Source: Candidatus Praeruminimicrobium purgamenti (GTDB lineage Bacteria > Elusimicrobiota > Endomicrobiia > Endomicrobiales > Endomicrobiaceae). From it: a stretch of DNA of 64,000 nucleotides. Below the pieces are notes generated by a model, which saw only the letters and a program-made list of their open reading frames with translations, did not search any database and was not told where the DNA came from. Shown here piece by piece: positions 50,386-59,498 of this stretch; positions within the stretch are counted from its first letter, which is position 1; each line of letters starts with the position of its first letter. Both the position numbers and the translations under genes were made by a program. The stretch covers positions 113,059 through 177,058 of the forward strand of contig JAHDQW010000005.1 of assembly GCA_018433585.1 (NCBI GenBank), read 5' to 3'.

Positions 50386-51408
50386 TTAAAATTGTCTTAA
50401 AACCCTTAAATCGTTTTCATACAGAACTCTCATATCGTCAATACCGTATTTAAACATTGCAAATCTCTCAACGCCTAACCCGAAAGCGTACCCCGTATAT
50501 TTTTCAGGATCGTATTTTACAGCCCTGAAAACGTTCGGATGAACCATTCCGCAGCCTAGCATTTCAAGCCAGCCTGAACCTTTGCATACTCTGCAGCCTT
50601 TACCGCCGCACAATACGCACTTAATATCAACTTCAGCCGACGGCTCTGTAAATTGAAAGTGCGAAGGTCTGAATCTTAAATCCAGTTCCTGCCCGAAAAG
50701 TCTGTGAATGAACAAAGACAAAGTTCCTTTTAATTCCGCAAATGTTACTTTTTCACCGACAACTAAACCTTCAATCTGGTGAAATATTGCCGAATGCGTT
50801 GCATCTGTAGCTTCATTTCTGTAAACTCTGCCCGGTACTATAACCTTTATAGGAGGTTTTGACTCTTCCATAATATGTATCTGCGCCGGAGAAGTATGCG
50901 TTCTTAAAAGATTCGATGAATTTTCAAGATAAAAAGTATCCTGCGTATCCCTTGCAGGATGGTCTTTAGGTATATTCAGCGCTTCAAAATTATACCAGTC
51001 TGTTTCTATTTCTCTCCCCTGCGAGACATCAAACCCGAGAGAAACGAATATATCGCTCATTTCTTCTATCGTTCTGCTTATTATATGATAATGCCCTTTC
51101 GGGAAAGTAAATGAAAATGCAGAAGATACGTCGATCTTCTCATTTTTCATCTTTTCTTCCAAAAGTTTATTTGTGATTTCTTTTTTCTTGCTCTCGACAG
51201 CATCATTAAGAGCGTCTTTTGCAGCGTTAATTTCGGAACCGATCTGTTTTTTTTCTTCTATTGACAACGACGAAAGAGTCTTTAATATTTCAGTTATTTT
51301 CCCTTTTTTCCCCAAATACTCAATCCTGATGTTTTCAATTGTATCAAGCTCCGCAGTTTTAACTTTATCCAATGCCTCTTTAAGTATCGAATCAATCCTG
51401 TTCATCAT
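50386..51408 (-). CDS. pheS: phenylalanine--tRNA ligase alpha subunit
   Basis: 340 aa with class II motifs (HPARD, FRPSHFQFTEPS, GLGVERF). Confidence 0.95.
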   Translation of the reverse strand: MMNRIDSILKEALDKVKTAELDTIENIRIEYLGKKGKITEILKTLSSLSIEEKKQIGSEINAAKDALNDAVESKKKEITNKLLEEKMKNEKIDVSSAFSFTFPKGHYHIISRTIEEMSDIFVSLGFDVSQGREIETDWYNFEALNIPKDHPARDTQDTFYLENSSNLLRTHTSPAQIHIMEESKPPIKVIVPGRVYRNEATDATHSAIFHQIEGLVVGEKVTFAELKGTLSLFIHRLFGQELDLRFRPSHFQFTEPSAEVDIKCVLCGGKGCRVCKGSGWLEMLGCGMVHPNVFRAVKYDPEKYTGYAFGLGVERFAMFKYGIDDMRVLYENDLRVLRQF

Positions 51409-51667
51409 TAAATCCTATAAGTTTATTAATATGTTCTCTGGCGACTTTATTCTTTTTATCTATTTCCAGACATTTTTCATACATCTTTTTTGCTTCTTCT
51501 TTCTGTTTTCTGTTTTCATATATCAATCCCAGATTGCAGTAAACGTCCGCATTCAAAGGATTGATTTTTAAAACTTTTTTAAATTCGGCGACAGCTTCAT
51601 CAAACTTGCTGTTTAAAAAATAAAACTTCGCCATTTCCAATAATTCTTCCTGTTTCTTTATATCCAT
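51392..51667 (-). CDS. small TPR-repeat protein
   Basis: 91 aa with two TPR units (NADVYCNLGLIYENRKQKEEAKKMYEKCLEID). Overlaps the pheS start by 17 nt. Confidence 0.6.
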   Translation of the reverse strand: MDIKKQEELLEMAKFYFLNSKFDEAVAEFKKVLKINPLNADVYCNLGLIYENRKQKEEAKKMYEKCLEIDKKNKVAREHINKLIGFNDEQD

Positions 51668-51675
51668 AAATACCT

Positions 51676-52368
51676 TTATAATTTCTTTAACTTTTCCAAT
51701 TCTTCCTGTTTGCCTACTACGACCAAAACATCATTTTCCAAAATTTCATCATCAGGGCCCGGAGCAACGTTAGTATCTTCTTTTATATCCGTCTGACCGT
51801 CGTCATTAACAAAAGGAATCTGTCTTTTTACGGCAATAATATTTATTCCGTATTTGTTTCTTACTCCGGATGTTTTTATGGTTTTTCCCCAAAAATCTTC
51901 AGGAGCTACTATTTCCAAAAGGTTGTAGTCTTTTGAAAACTCTATCTGTTCCAAAATATTAGGCGAAACCATGCTTTCGGCTAATTTTTTTGCCATTTCA
52001 AGTTCCGGATAAACAACTTTGTCTGCGCCTATCTTAACGGCTATTTTTGAATGCCACTGGCTTACGCACTTTACGATAACGTTTTTTACGCCTAAATCTT
52101 TTGCTATCAGCGTAGCCAAAATGCTTGTTTCAACATCTTGCCCTATTGAAATAATAACAGTGTCGCAGTCGCTTATTCCCGCTGTTTTTAAAGCATTATC
52201 GTCAGTTGCATCAGCTGCAATAGCCTGAGTAACAAAAGGGCTTATTTTATTAACCAATTCTTCGTTATGGTCAATTGCAAGAACAGGGAAATCCCTTTTA
52301 AAAAGTTCTTTTGCAACATTTGAACCGAAAGTTCCAAGACCTATTACTCCAAATTGTTTCTTTGCCAT
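51676..52368 (-). CDS. trkA: potassium uptake protein, NAD-binding peripheral subunit (TrkA/KtrA)
   Basis: 230 aa. GVIGLGTFG Rossmann motif and a TrkA-C domain. Confidence 0.88.
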   Translation of the reverse strand: MAKKQFGVIGLGTFGSNVAKELFKRDFPVLAIDHNEELVNKISPFVTQAIAADATDDNALKTAGISDCDTVIISIGQDVETSILATLIAKDLGVKNVIVKCVSQWHSKIAVKIGADKVVYPELEMAKKLAESMVSPNILEQIEFSKDYNLLEIVAPEDFWGKTIKTSGVRNKYGINIIAVKRQIPFVNDDGQTDIKEDTNVAPGPDDEILENDVLVVVGKQEELEKLKKL

Positions 52369-52387
52369 ATTTTCTCCGTTAAAACGA

Positions 52388-53707
52388 TTAACCTATTAAA
52401 AGCTTCGCCTCAGGATATTTTATATTACTTTTAACAAAATTACCACTCATGAGATATATAAGTATAGTTACGGTTCCGACTCTTCCGATAAACATCGCAA
52501 GTATAAGCAAAACTCTTCCCAAATCTGAAACGCTGCTTGTAATCCCAAGTGAAATACCTACGGTGCAGCATGCCGATACGGCTTCAAACATAACTTTTAA
52601 AGGGTCTAAGTTTGCTTCTGTCCAAAGCAGAGCGACAACAAAAGTCAAGACAAAAATGACCATTAAAACAAAAACAGCAAGTGATTTTCTTACTAAATCT
52701 CCGTCCATATCTCTTCCCGCGAAAGGATATGAGGAATTCCCTTTTAAAACGCTCTTAATAAACACTACAACCAGTGTTACGGTTGTAATTTTTACACCGC
52801 CGGCAGTACTTCCTGAACCTGCGCCGATAAACATCAACAGCATTATTATAAACGCCGAAAAATTCGTTATAAGTCCCGCAGGTATCGAATTAAATCCTGC
52901 TGTTCTTGCGGATATAGTCGTAAAAAAAGAGTTGTTAACAATATAAGAAAACGATTTGCTGTGCTCAAGCAGAGGCAGAAACTGACTGCATGCAAAAGCA
53001 AAAAAACCGCACATTATCAAAATAAGAGTTGTCCATAAAGTAACTTTTGAATGAAACGTAAGCCTTATATTCTTTCCTCTTATTTTATCGATTACGTCAA
53101 CCAAGACAAAGAACCCGAGACCGCCTAAAATTATAAGACCCGCAAGAGTATATAATAATAAAGGCGTTTGAGAATATCCTTCCAAACTGGTTGCAAAAGG
53201 GCTGAACCCCGCATTACAAAATGCGGAAACCGAATGGAATATGCCCAAAAACACAGATTTTTCCAAAGGGAAAGTTTTAACAAAAACAGACGTTAAAACC
53301 GCTGCTCCGATAATTTCTATGCCGAACACAACCAAAACAGCTTTTTTTAGCAGTTTGAAAAGTTCGTTAAACGAATTTATATCAAACAATTCCTGCATTA
53401 TTTTTCTATCTTTTAACGCCATCTTGCCGAACAGTAATCCCAGACTTGTTGAAACCAACATATATCCCAAACCGCCAAGCTGTATCAAAACAAGAATTAT
53501 CCACTGCCCTGAAAGCGTATAATAATTCCCGATATCAACGACAGAAAGTCCTGTTACGCATACCGCCGAGGTAGACGTAAAAAGACATGTTAATACAGAA
53601 AGGACAGTATCATCTTGTCTTGAAAAAGGTAAACACAATAACACTGTCCCTAAAAGTATAAGCGCTATGAAAAATAATATTATAGTTCTTAGCGGAGATG
53701 AATTCAT
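52388..53707 (-). CDS. trkH: potassium uptake transmembrane subunit (TrkH/KtrB family)
   Basis: 439 aa polytopic protein with selectivity-filter-like repeats (TGLS, NAGFS, TAGFN, TVGIS). Confidence 0.88.
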   Translation of the reverse strand: MNSSPLRTIILFFIALILLGTVLLCLPFSRQDDTVLSVLTCLFTSTSAVCVTGLSVVDIGNYYTLSGQWIILVLIQLGGLGYMLVSTSLGLLFGKMALKDRKIMQELFDINSFNELFKLLKKAVLVVFGIEIIGAAVLTSVFVKTFPLEKSVFLGIFHSVSAFCNAGFSPFATSLEGYSQTPLLLYTLAGLIILGGLGFFVLVDVIDKIRGKNIRLTFHSKVTLWTTLILIMCGFFAFACSQFLPLLEHSKSFSYIVNNSFFTTISARTAGFNSIPAGLITNFSAFIIMLLMFIGAGSGSTAGGVKITTVTLVVVFIKSVLKGNSSYPFAGRDMDGDLVRKSLAVFVLMVIFVLTFVVALLWTEANLDPLKVMFEAVSACCTVGISLGITSSVSDLGRVLLILAMFIGRVGTVTILIYLMSGNFVKSNIKYPEAKLLIG

Positions 53708-53715
53708 TTTTACAA

Positions 53716-54063
53716 TTATGAAGCTTTTGCAATCTCAACAAGCTGTTTGAAAGTTACGTTATCGTTAACTGCAATTTCTGCAAGCATTTTTCTGTCAATT
53801 ATAACGTTTGCTTTCTTCAAGCCTGAAATAAATCTGTTGTAAGACATGCCTTCTTCTCTTACTGCAGCATTAAGTCTTACTATCCACATGCTTCTGAAAA
53901 TTCCTTTCCTGTCTTTTCTGTCGTTATATGCATATACTAAAGATTTTTCTACCTGCTGAATCACCATTCTCCAACGGTTTTTCTTTGTAGCATAGTAACC
54001 TTTAGCCAATCTAAATGTTTTTTTCTTTCTTTGTCTTGTATAAACTACACTTTTTGCCCTCAT
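53716..54063 (-). CDS. rplT: 50S ribosomal protein L20
   Basis: 115 aa with RQRKKKTFRLAKGYY. Confidence 0.95.
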   Translation of the reverse strand: MRAKSVVYTRQRKKKTFRLAKGYYATKKNRWRMVIQQVEKSLVYAYNDRKDRKGIFRSMWIVRLNAAVREEGMSYNRFISGLKKANVIIDRKMLAEIAVNDNVTFKQLVEIAKAS

Positions 54064-54098
54064 TATACTGTCTCCTTAAATTTTTTCAAAACTGCGCA

Positions 54099-54299
54099 TT
54101 ACATTGAATACGGCATAAATTTTCTCATTCTTGCCATATCCGTATCATTGACTATATCGGATTTTCTCAAGCTTCTGCCTTTCTTAGGTTTCATTCCTGT
54201 GAGCAAATGTCTCTGTCCAGGTTTTTTGTATTTTAATTTACCGGTACCGGTAGTTCTAAACCTTTTTTTTGCACCGCTGTGCGTTTTCATCTTAGGCAT
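54099..54299 (-). CDS. rpmI: 50S ribosomal protein L35
   Basis: MPKMKTHSGAKKRF from ATG 54299 (GGAGGG SD 8 nt upstream). The track start 54308 is an upstream GTG. Confidence 0.93.
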   Translation of the reverse strand: MPKMKTHSGAKKRFRTTGTGKLKYKKPGQRHLLTGMKPKKGRSLRKSDIVNDTDMARMRKFMPYSM

Positions 54300-54333
54300 G
54301 ATTAACACCCTCCAATTATATTTTTATTTGCAT

Positions 54334-54876
54334 TTACTTATTTTTTTTAGGAGTTAAAGTCAAAAACGATCTGGTACCCATAGAAGCTATTCTTCCTTCT
54401 ATCGTAGCAATATCCGAAACTTTTTCTTTAACTTTTTCAAGCACTGCCAAACCCAAATCTTTATGCTGCATTTCTCTTCCAGAAAACATTACCGTAAGCT
54501 GGACTTTATCTCCGTCCTCAAGAAAGTCCCTTATTCTTTTCAATTTAACTTCAAGGTCATGATCGGCAATTCTTGTTCTTAGCCTCACTTCTTTAAGCTG
54601 TACGTTTTTCTGTTTTTTTCTGGCTTCTTTTTCTTTCTTCGCAATTTCATAACGGAATTTAGAAAAATCTATTATCTTACATACCGGCGGTTTTGCCTGA
54701 GGAGATATTTCTATCAAATCCTGTCCGCACGCCTGAGCTCTTGACAAAGCCTCGGCAATAGGAACAATACCGGCCTGCGCACCGTTTTCATCAATAAGTC
54801 TGACTTCAGGAACTCTTATGTACTGATTAGTACGATATCTTTTTGTATCGACGACACCCTCCCGCGTAGGAAAAAT
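54334..54876 (-). CDS. infC: translation initiation factor IF-3 (5' end extended; probable ATT start)
   Basis: The track ORF begins at TTG 54747, but the in-frame upstream sequence encodes ..DTKRYRTNQYIRVPEVRLIDENGAQAGIVPIAEAL, the conserved IF3 N-domain. No ATG, GTG or TTG lies in frame up to the TAA. ATT 54876 gives an N-terminal length matching E. coli IF3. Confidence 0.8.
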   Translation of the reverse strand: MFPTREGVVDTKRYRTNQYIRVPEVRLIDENGAQAGIVPIAEALSRAQACGQDLIEISPQAKPPVCKIIDFSKFRYEIAKKEKEARKKQKNVQLKEVRLRTRIADHDLEVKLKRIRDFLEDGDKVQLTVMFSGREMQHKDLGLAVLEKVKEKVSDIATIEGRIASMGTRSFLTLTPKKNK

Positions 54877-54879
54877 CCT

Positions 54880-54917
54880 ACAAAATAAAAAAATAGAACG
54901 GATAAAGATACCCGTCC
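54880..54917 (-). promoter_or_regulatory. terminator-like hairpin plus T-run in the infC leader (possible attenuator)
   Basis: Minus strand reads GGACGG-gtatctttat-CCGTTC (6 bp including one G.U) followed by TATTTTTTTATTTT, immediately upstream of ATT 54876. Confidence 0.3.
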
Positions 54918-55013
54918 CTTATAAGAAATTATAAAATATTTTCTAATATAACCTTTTCCCAATATAAGGTAAAGGTGAGTCGGGACGACTTCTTTAAACA
55001 TTAATTTGAGGTT

Positions 55014-55042
55014 ATTATATATAAAATGCCTCTGCTTGTCAA
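55014..55042 (-). promoter_or_regulatory. consensus sigma70-type promoter for infC-rpmI-rplT
   Basis: Minus strand reads TTGACA (55042-55037), 17-nt spacer, TATAAT (55019-55014). It predicts a leader of about 130 nt before the infC start. Confidence 0.55.
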
Positions 55043-55105
55043 ATACGGCATATAAATCTTGAATGATATTTTTGATTATTGTAATATAGAGCAACGGGAG
55101 CTTTT

Positions 55106-55420
55106 ATGCAATATATAACTGTTGTCATTACTTCGCCTGACAAAGAGGCTTCAAAAAAAATAACAGACTGCCTCTTAAAGAACAAACTGGTTTCCTGCGT
55201 TAGTATAATACCCGCAATCAAATCTGTTTACTGGTGGAATAATAAAATAAACAGGGCAAAAGAGCAAATGCTTATTTGTAAAAGCAAAAAAACAAATTTT
55301 AAAAAAATAACTGATGCCGTGAAAAAAAACCACCCTTACAAAGTTCCGGAAATAGTGTGCTTTGAGATAAAAGACGGCAGCAAAGACTACCTGGAATGGA
55401 TAAAAAATACCGTTTTATAA
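55106..55420 (+). CDS. cutA: divalent-cation tolerance protein CutA
   Basis: 104 aa. KLVSCVSIIPAIKSVYWWNNKI and HPYKVPEI motifs. Confidence 0.85.
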   Translation: MQYITVVITSPDKEASKKITDCLLKNKLVSCVSIIPAIKSVYWWNNKINRAKEQMLICKSKKTNFKKITDAVKKNHPYKVPEIVCFEIKDGSKDYLEWIKNTVL

Positions 55421-55429
55421 GGACAGCAA

Positions 55430-56008
55430 ATGCCTGACAATAATACGACTGAACAGATTGTGCTTGCTTCAAAATCACCCAGAAGAATAGAACTTCTCAA
55501 AAAATGGGGATTAAAATTCAAAAGCATTTCAAGCGACATAGAAGAAAAGACCGTCTTAAAAAGACCGTCCGCAATAGTCAAATATCTTTCCTTTGAAAAA
55601 GCCGCCGAAGTGAGAAAAAACGTCAAGAATTCAATAATAATAGCCGCCGACACCATAGTAGTTTTAAACGGTAAAACTCTGGGAAAACCAATAAATAAAA
55701 AACACTCCGTTGAAATACTTAACGAACTCAACGGCAGCCTGCACAAAGTATATACCGGCGTTACGATTATGAGTAATACGAAAACGGTCGTTTTTTATGA
55801 TGTTGCATCTGTTAAAATGCAGACTCTTGCGAAAGACAAATTAAACGCTTTAGCAGGAAAACATATGGATAAAGCCGGAGCATACGCCGTACAGGATAAA
55901 GACGATTGTTTCGTAAAAAAAATATACGGCGACTATTTTACCGTAGTCGGACTGCCGTATATTAAATTAAAAAAAGAATTAAAAAAATTTAAAATTACAA
56001 TAAAGTAA
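55430..56008 (+). CDS. maf: Maf-family nucleoside triphosphate pyrophosphatase
   Basis: 192 aa with LASKSPRR, AADTIV and KAGAYAVQ motifs. Confidence 0.9.
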   Translation: MPDNNTTEQIVLASKSPRRIELLKKWGLKFKSISSDIEEKTVLKRPSAIVKYLSFEKAAEVRKNVKNSIIIAADTIVVLNGKTLGKPINKKHSVEILNELNGSLHKVYTGVTIMSNTKTVVFYDVASVKMQTLAKDKLNALAGKHMDKAGAYAVQDKDDCFVKKIYGDYFTVVGLPYIKLKKELKKFKITIK

Positions 56009-56009
56009 C

Positions 56010-56675
56010 TTAATTTTTTCCTTCCATCGTAATTTTTAAATTTGTTGTTTGTCTGACGTTTTCAAACCAGTTGTTTAAAACTTCATTCATTTTCATCTGC
56101 AGTAAAGCGTTGTCTTCAGTACCCGGATAAAGTTTGCGGAGAGCTTTCAGCTCGGAATCAGTTATTCTTGCCGAAGAAGCAATAAAAATCTGCAGCTTTG
56201 TCGAAGCAAGCTGTTTTCTTCTCAGACTTTCAAAATCTTTAGGAGACATCCTCATGTTATTTAAAAAATCAAAATAATATCTGCTGTCAAACTGTCCTTT
56301 GTCATTTAGAAAATACGGATAACTTTGTATGTCGCGGGCAAGTTCTTCATCTGAAACAATTATTCCGTAATTTTTAGTCTGCTGCCATATAATTTCGTCC
56401 TGAACCAAGCTTTTCAATATGTCATTTTGGACTCTTTTTGACATTTCTTCGGTAAGATTGCCGTTATTTGCCTGTCTTACCATATTCAGCGCATTGTTAT
56501 ACAGAGCATAATATGTCTGATACGGTATTTTATGCCCGTTAACTACGGCAACCGTATCATAATAAGTTTTTTCTCCGAAAAGATAACTGCCGAACCCTAC
56601 AAACGTACCGGCTAAAAAGCCTAATATTGTTATCAAAAATATTTTAATTTTGTGTTTTCTCAAAAAAGTCATCAT
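56010..56675 (-). CDS. SurA-N/PpiD-like periplasmic chaperone domain protein (no PPIase domain)
   Basis: 221 aa. N-terminal TM anchor, then the AVVNGHKIPYQTYY...LVQDEIIWQQ pattern of SurA N-terminal-domain proteins. Confidence 0.55.
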   Translation of the reverse strand: MMTFLRKHKIKIFLITILGFLAGTFVGFGSYLFGEKTYYDTVAVVNGHKIPYQTYYALYNNALNMVRQANNGNLTEEMSKRVQNDILKSLVQDEIIWQQTKNYGIIVSDEELARDIQSYPYFLNDKGQFDSRYYFDFLNNMRMSPKDFESLRRKQLASTKLQIFIASSARITDSELKALRKLYPGTEDNALLQMKMNEVLNNWFENVRQTTNLKITMEGKN

Positions 56676-57073
56676 AATTTTTCTTCTCCGCCGTCCTTTT
56701 TATCCTGTTCGGTTTTCGACATTGAGCTTTTCCCGTCAAAAAAAGCGCCCTCTCCTATTGAGAGAATGGTCGTCTGTATGTCGCCTATCACTTTTGATTT
56801 ATTTAAAAGTTCTATTCCGTCGTCGGCTTTTATATTGCCTTCCACTATTCCGCCGACTATAATATATTTCGTATTTATATTTCCTTTAACTTCGGCGCAG
56901 TCTCCCACAATAACGCCTTCGGATTTTTTGATGTCGCCGTAAAGTTTTCCGTCTATCCTTACTATTTTGTCGGAAGTTATGTCTCCGTTGCAAACCGTAT
57001 CAAGACCTATCCACGTTTCTATCGTATCGAAACGTTTTTTATTTTTTTTCATCATATCGCGCCTTCTTGTCAA
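56672..57073 (-). CDS. bactofilin (polymer-forming cytoskeletal protein)
   Basis: 133 aa with repetitive beta-helix windings (VRIDGKLYGDI..GVIVGDCAEVKGNI..IIVGGIVEGNIKA..IELLNKSKVIGDI). Confidence 0.8.
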   Translation of the reverse strand: MTRRRDMMKKNKKRFDTIETWIGLDTVCNGDITSDKIVRIDGKLYGDIKKSEGVIVGDCAEVKGNINTKYIIVGGIVEGNIKADDGIELLNKSKVIGDIQTTILSIGEGAFFDGKSSMSKTEQDKKDGGEEKL

Positions 57074-58002
57074 TTAAGATAACTGTTTAAATATTTCATC
57101 GGATTTACAGGTCTTCCGTTGTAATGAACTTCATAATGCAAATGAGTTCCCGTAGATCTTCCCGTATTTCCCATTCTGGCTATTTTCTGTCCTTTGGAAA
57201 CAAACTGTCCCTTTCTTACCAATATCTTGGACAGATGAGCGTAAACCGTTCTGTATTTATATCCATGCTCGACGGACATTACATATCCGTACCCTTCCTG
57301 CCACCCTGCAAAAATCACAACGCCGTCGGCAGTCGAAAAGACAGGAGTATTAGGAACATTTGCTATATCCATTCCGGTATGGAAAAATTTATTTCTGAAA
57401 AGAGGATGAAGTCTGAATCCGAACGGAGAAGTTATAATACCTCTGCAAGGCCATATTGAAGGAGTATATTTGACTTTTTCTCTCTGTATGCTTATATGCT
57501 GCACAACTTCGGAATAACTTTTCATTGAAGCTTTATATTCTTCAAGCAAATCAAATGACTGCTGCGCAATATTCGCGTCCGAAATACTGTTCATATTTCC
57601 TGAAAGCAGTGTAGATAAAGCGCTTGATTCTATAGGTGTCGGACCGCCTGACCCCAAACCGTTTTCAATAATCATTCTTTTAGACTTCATCGCCAAAAGA
57701 GTACGGATATGATCGTCATTTTCTTTGATTTGAGAAAGCATTTCTCTTGATTTTTGTATCTGTTCGGCGAAGAACAACATTCTTACTTTCATTATCTTAT
57801 TATCGGCTTTGACTTTCCAGTAATCTATATGCTGTCCTGATACAAAACCTGCCCATAAAGTAAAAATTGTCCAGCAGCCTATCAAAACAAGCAAAAAAGG
57901 CAGAGAAAAACTAAACCTCATAGGCTTCACGCGCCCGTGATGTATAAGAATAATAGTTATTTTTCTCTTTAATTCCTTTAAAATGATGTTTAAATATTTC
58001 AT
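57070..58002 (-). CDS. M23-family (LytM-type) metallopeptidase, membrane anchored
   Basis: 310 aa. TM helix, coiled coil, HTGMDI and GTHLHYEV metal-binding motifs. Confidence 0.88.
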   Translation of the reverse strand: MKYLNIILKELKRKITIILIHHGRVKPMRFSFSLPFLLVLIGCWTIFTLWAGFVSGQHIDYWKVKADNKIMKVRMLFFAEQIQKSREMLSQIKENDDHIRTLLAMKSKRMIIENGLGSGGPTPIESSALSTLLSGNMNSISDANIAQQSFDLLEEYKASMKSYSEVVQHISIQREKVKYTPSIWPCRGIITSPFGFRLHPLFRNKFFHTGMDIANVPNTPVFSTADGVVIFAGWQEGYGYVMSVEHGYKYRTVYAHLSKILVRKGQFVSKGQKIARMGNTGRSTGTHLHYEVHYNGRPVNPMKYLNSYLN

Positions 58003-58052
58003 AAAATCCTTTTACAGTATAACAGAAAATTAGATATAATTCAACCTCGGTT

Positions 58053-59498
58053 TTATATTTTACCGGATACCTTTCTAATGTTATATTTGCGCACAACATT
58101 GTTGTTCCTTACAGTTTTTTGCTCCAAAACTTCATCGGACACATTTGAAAACAGCATTTTTATATCATAAGGCTCTTCACCGTTATCACCCGGCTCATAA
58201 ACAAATGCGCCTGTTTGATGCAGCGATTCTTCCGGGAATCCCCAAATGTCATACTGGCTTTTTTTCGTATGGTTTGAATATGCCCATGTCTTTATCTTAT
58301 TTTTAGAGTAATAAGCGATTGAAGCCGCCACCTGATGCGCCGGACTCACCGCAAAGCCTACATTTTCTTTCAAAAGCCTTTCCGCCAGTTCTTTATATCC
58401 GTGAAAATAATTCGTAGCATCGGCAACAGCTGTTTTATCTGATATTTTTTCCAAAGGTAAAATCGTATATTTGGCGTGCAAACCTATAAGCACCGAAAGA
58501 ATAATATTAAAACAAATGCCGGCTGCAAGAAGTTTATGCCTCAGTTTACCGCCTTCAATAAAATAAGCTGCGGCAATTATGGAAAAAGTGAAATAAGCAG
58601 GTATAGGCCAATTGGCTCCGGGAAGTTTTTTCAATGCAGTAACCGCATAGAATAAAATAACCGGCAAAGAAAATGACGCAAGAAAAACTTTCTTTTTATC
58701 TTTGGAAAACAAATAGGCAAAACTTATAAAAAATGCGGGTAAAAACGCTATTATGTTGAAAATCGCCATCTGGGTTCCTATATATTCGAAAAGATAATTA
58801 AATCTGTAACCCGCGTTTGACAAACCGTGGCTGAACTGGTATGAAAAAGATACCCAGCCGTTTGTATAATTCCAATATAGGACAGGCAGAAAGCATATAA
58901 ATGAAATCAGTAATGCGGCATACATTCTGTATTGTTTAAACCATGATATTTTTTTTGTAAACAATATGTATAAAAAAAGGCTCATTGCAAAGAGAACAGC
59001 CGTATATTTTGACAATAAAGACAAACCGAAAAATAAACCTATCAAATACCAGTAGTCTGGATTTTCTGTTTCTATTAAGCTCCATACGTAAAAAGTCGCT
59101 ATGGAAAGAAATAAAAATGACGGAGTATCGGGAGTAATAATAATTGAAGCCGAAAACATCATCGGCATTGAATGCACAAGTATAACAGAAGCTGAAGCGG
59201 TCTGTTCATTATTGAACAGTTTCATGACAAGTTTCCATAAAAATACGCTTACTATAACCGTCGCAATTATGCTTGAAAACCTTACGGCCAGTTCGGAGTC
59301 GGAAAACAACGTTGTCAGCTTTATAAAATAAGCAACCATCGGAGAGTGGTCGTAGTACCCGGGCTGAAGATCTTTTGACCAAAGCCAGTAATAAGCTTCG
59401 TCGGAATGCAGATTAAGCGCAGCTGAAAGAAAAATCTTCCAAAGCACCGATATCGAAACAAATATTACCGTATTTCTTAAATTAAATATTTTTGTCAC
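58053..59498 (-). CDS. GT39/GT83-type (ArnT/PMT-like) polyprenyl-phosphate-dependent glycosyltransferase
   Basis: 481 aa polytopic protein. The N-terminal loop motif LHSDEAYYWLWS..GYYDHSPM is typical of ArnT/PMT-family enzymes. Confidence 0.7.
   Translation of the reverse strand: MTKIFNLRNTVIFVSISVLWKIFLSAALNLHSDEAYYWLWSKDLQPGYYDHSPMVAYFIKLTTLFSDSELAVRFSSIIATVIVSVFLWKLVMKLFNNEQTASASVILVHSMPMMFSASIIITPDTPSFLFLSIATFYVWSLIETENPDYWYLIGLFFGLSLLSKYTAVLFAMSLFLYILFTKKISWFKQYRMYAALLISFICFLPVLYWNYTNGWVSFSYQFSHGLSNAGYRFNYLFEYIGTQMAIFNIIAFLPAFFISFAYLFSKDKKKVFLASFSLPVILFYAVTALKKLPGANWPIPAYFTFSIIAAAYFIEGGKLRHKLLAAGICFNIILSVLIGLHAKYTILPLEKISDKTAVADATNYFHGYKELAERLLKENVGFAVSPAHQVAASIAYYSKNKIKTWAYSNHTKKSQYDIWGFPEESLHQTGAFVYEPGDNGEEPYDIKMLFSNVSDEVLEQKTVRNNNVVRKYNIRKVSGKI

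Noticed and set aside
54816-55094. 92-aa minus-strand ORF, and the 55039-55221 ORF, in the infC-cutA intergenic region.
   Set aside because: They span the infC promoter, leader and 5' coding end in another frame, have no SD, and are hydrophobic low-complexity sequence. The region is better explained by the infC extension and leader.
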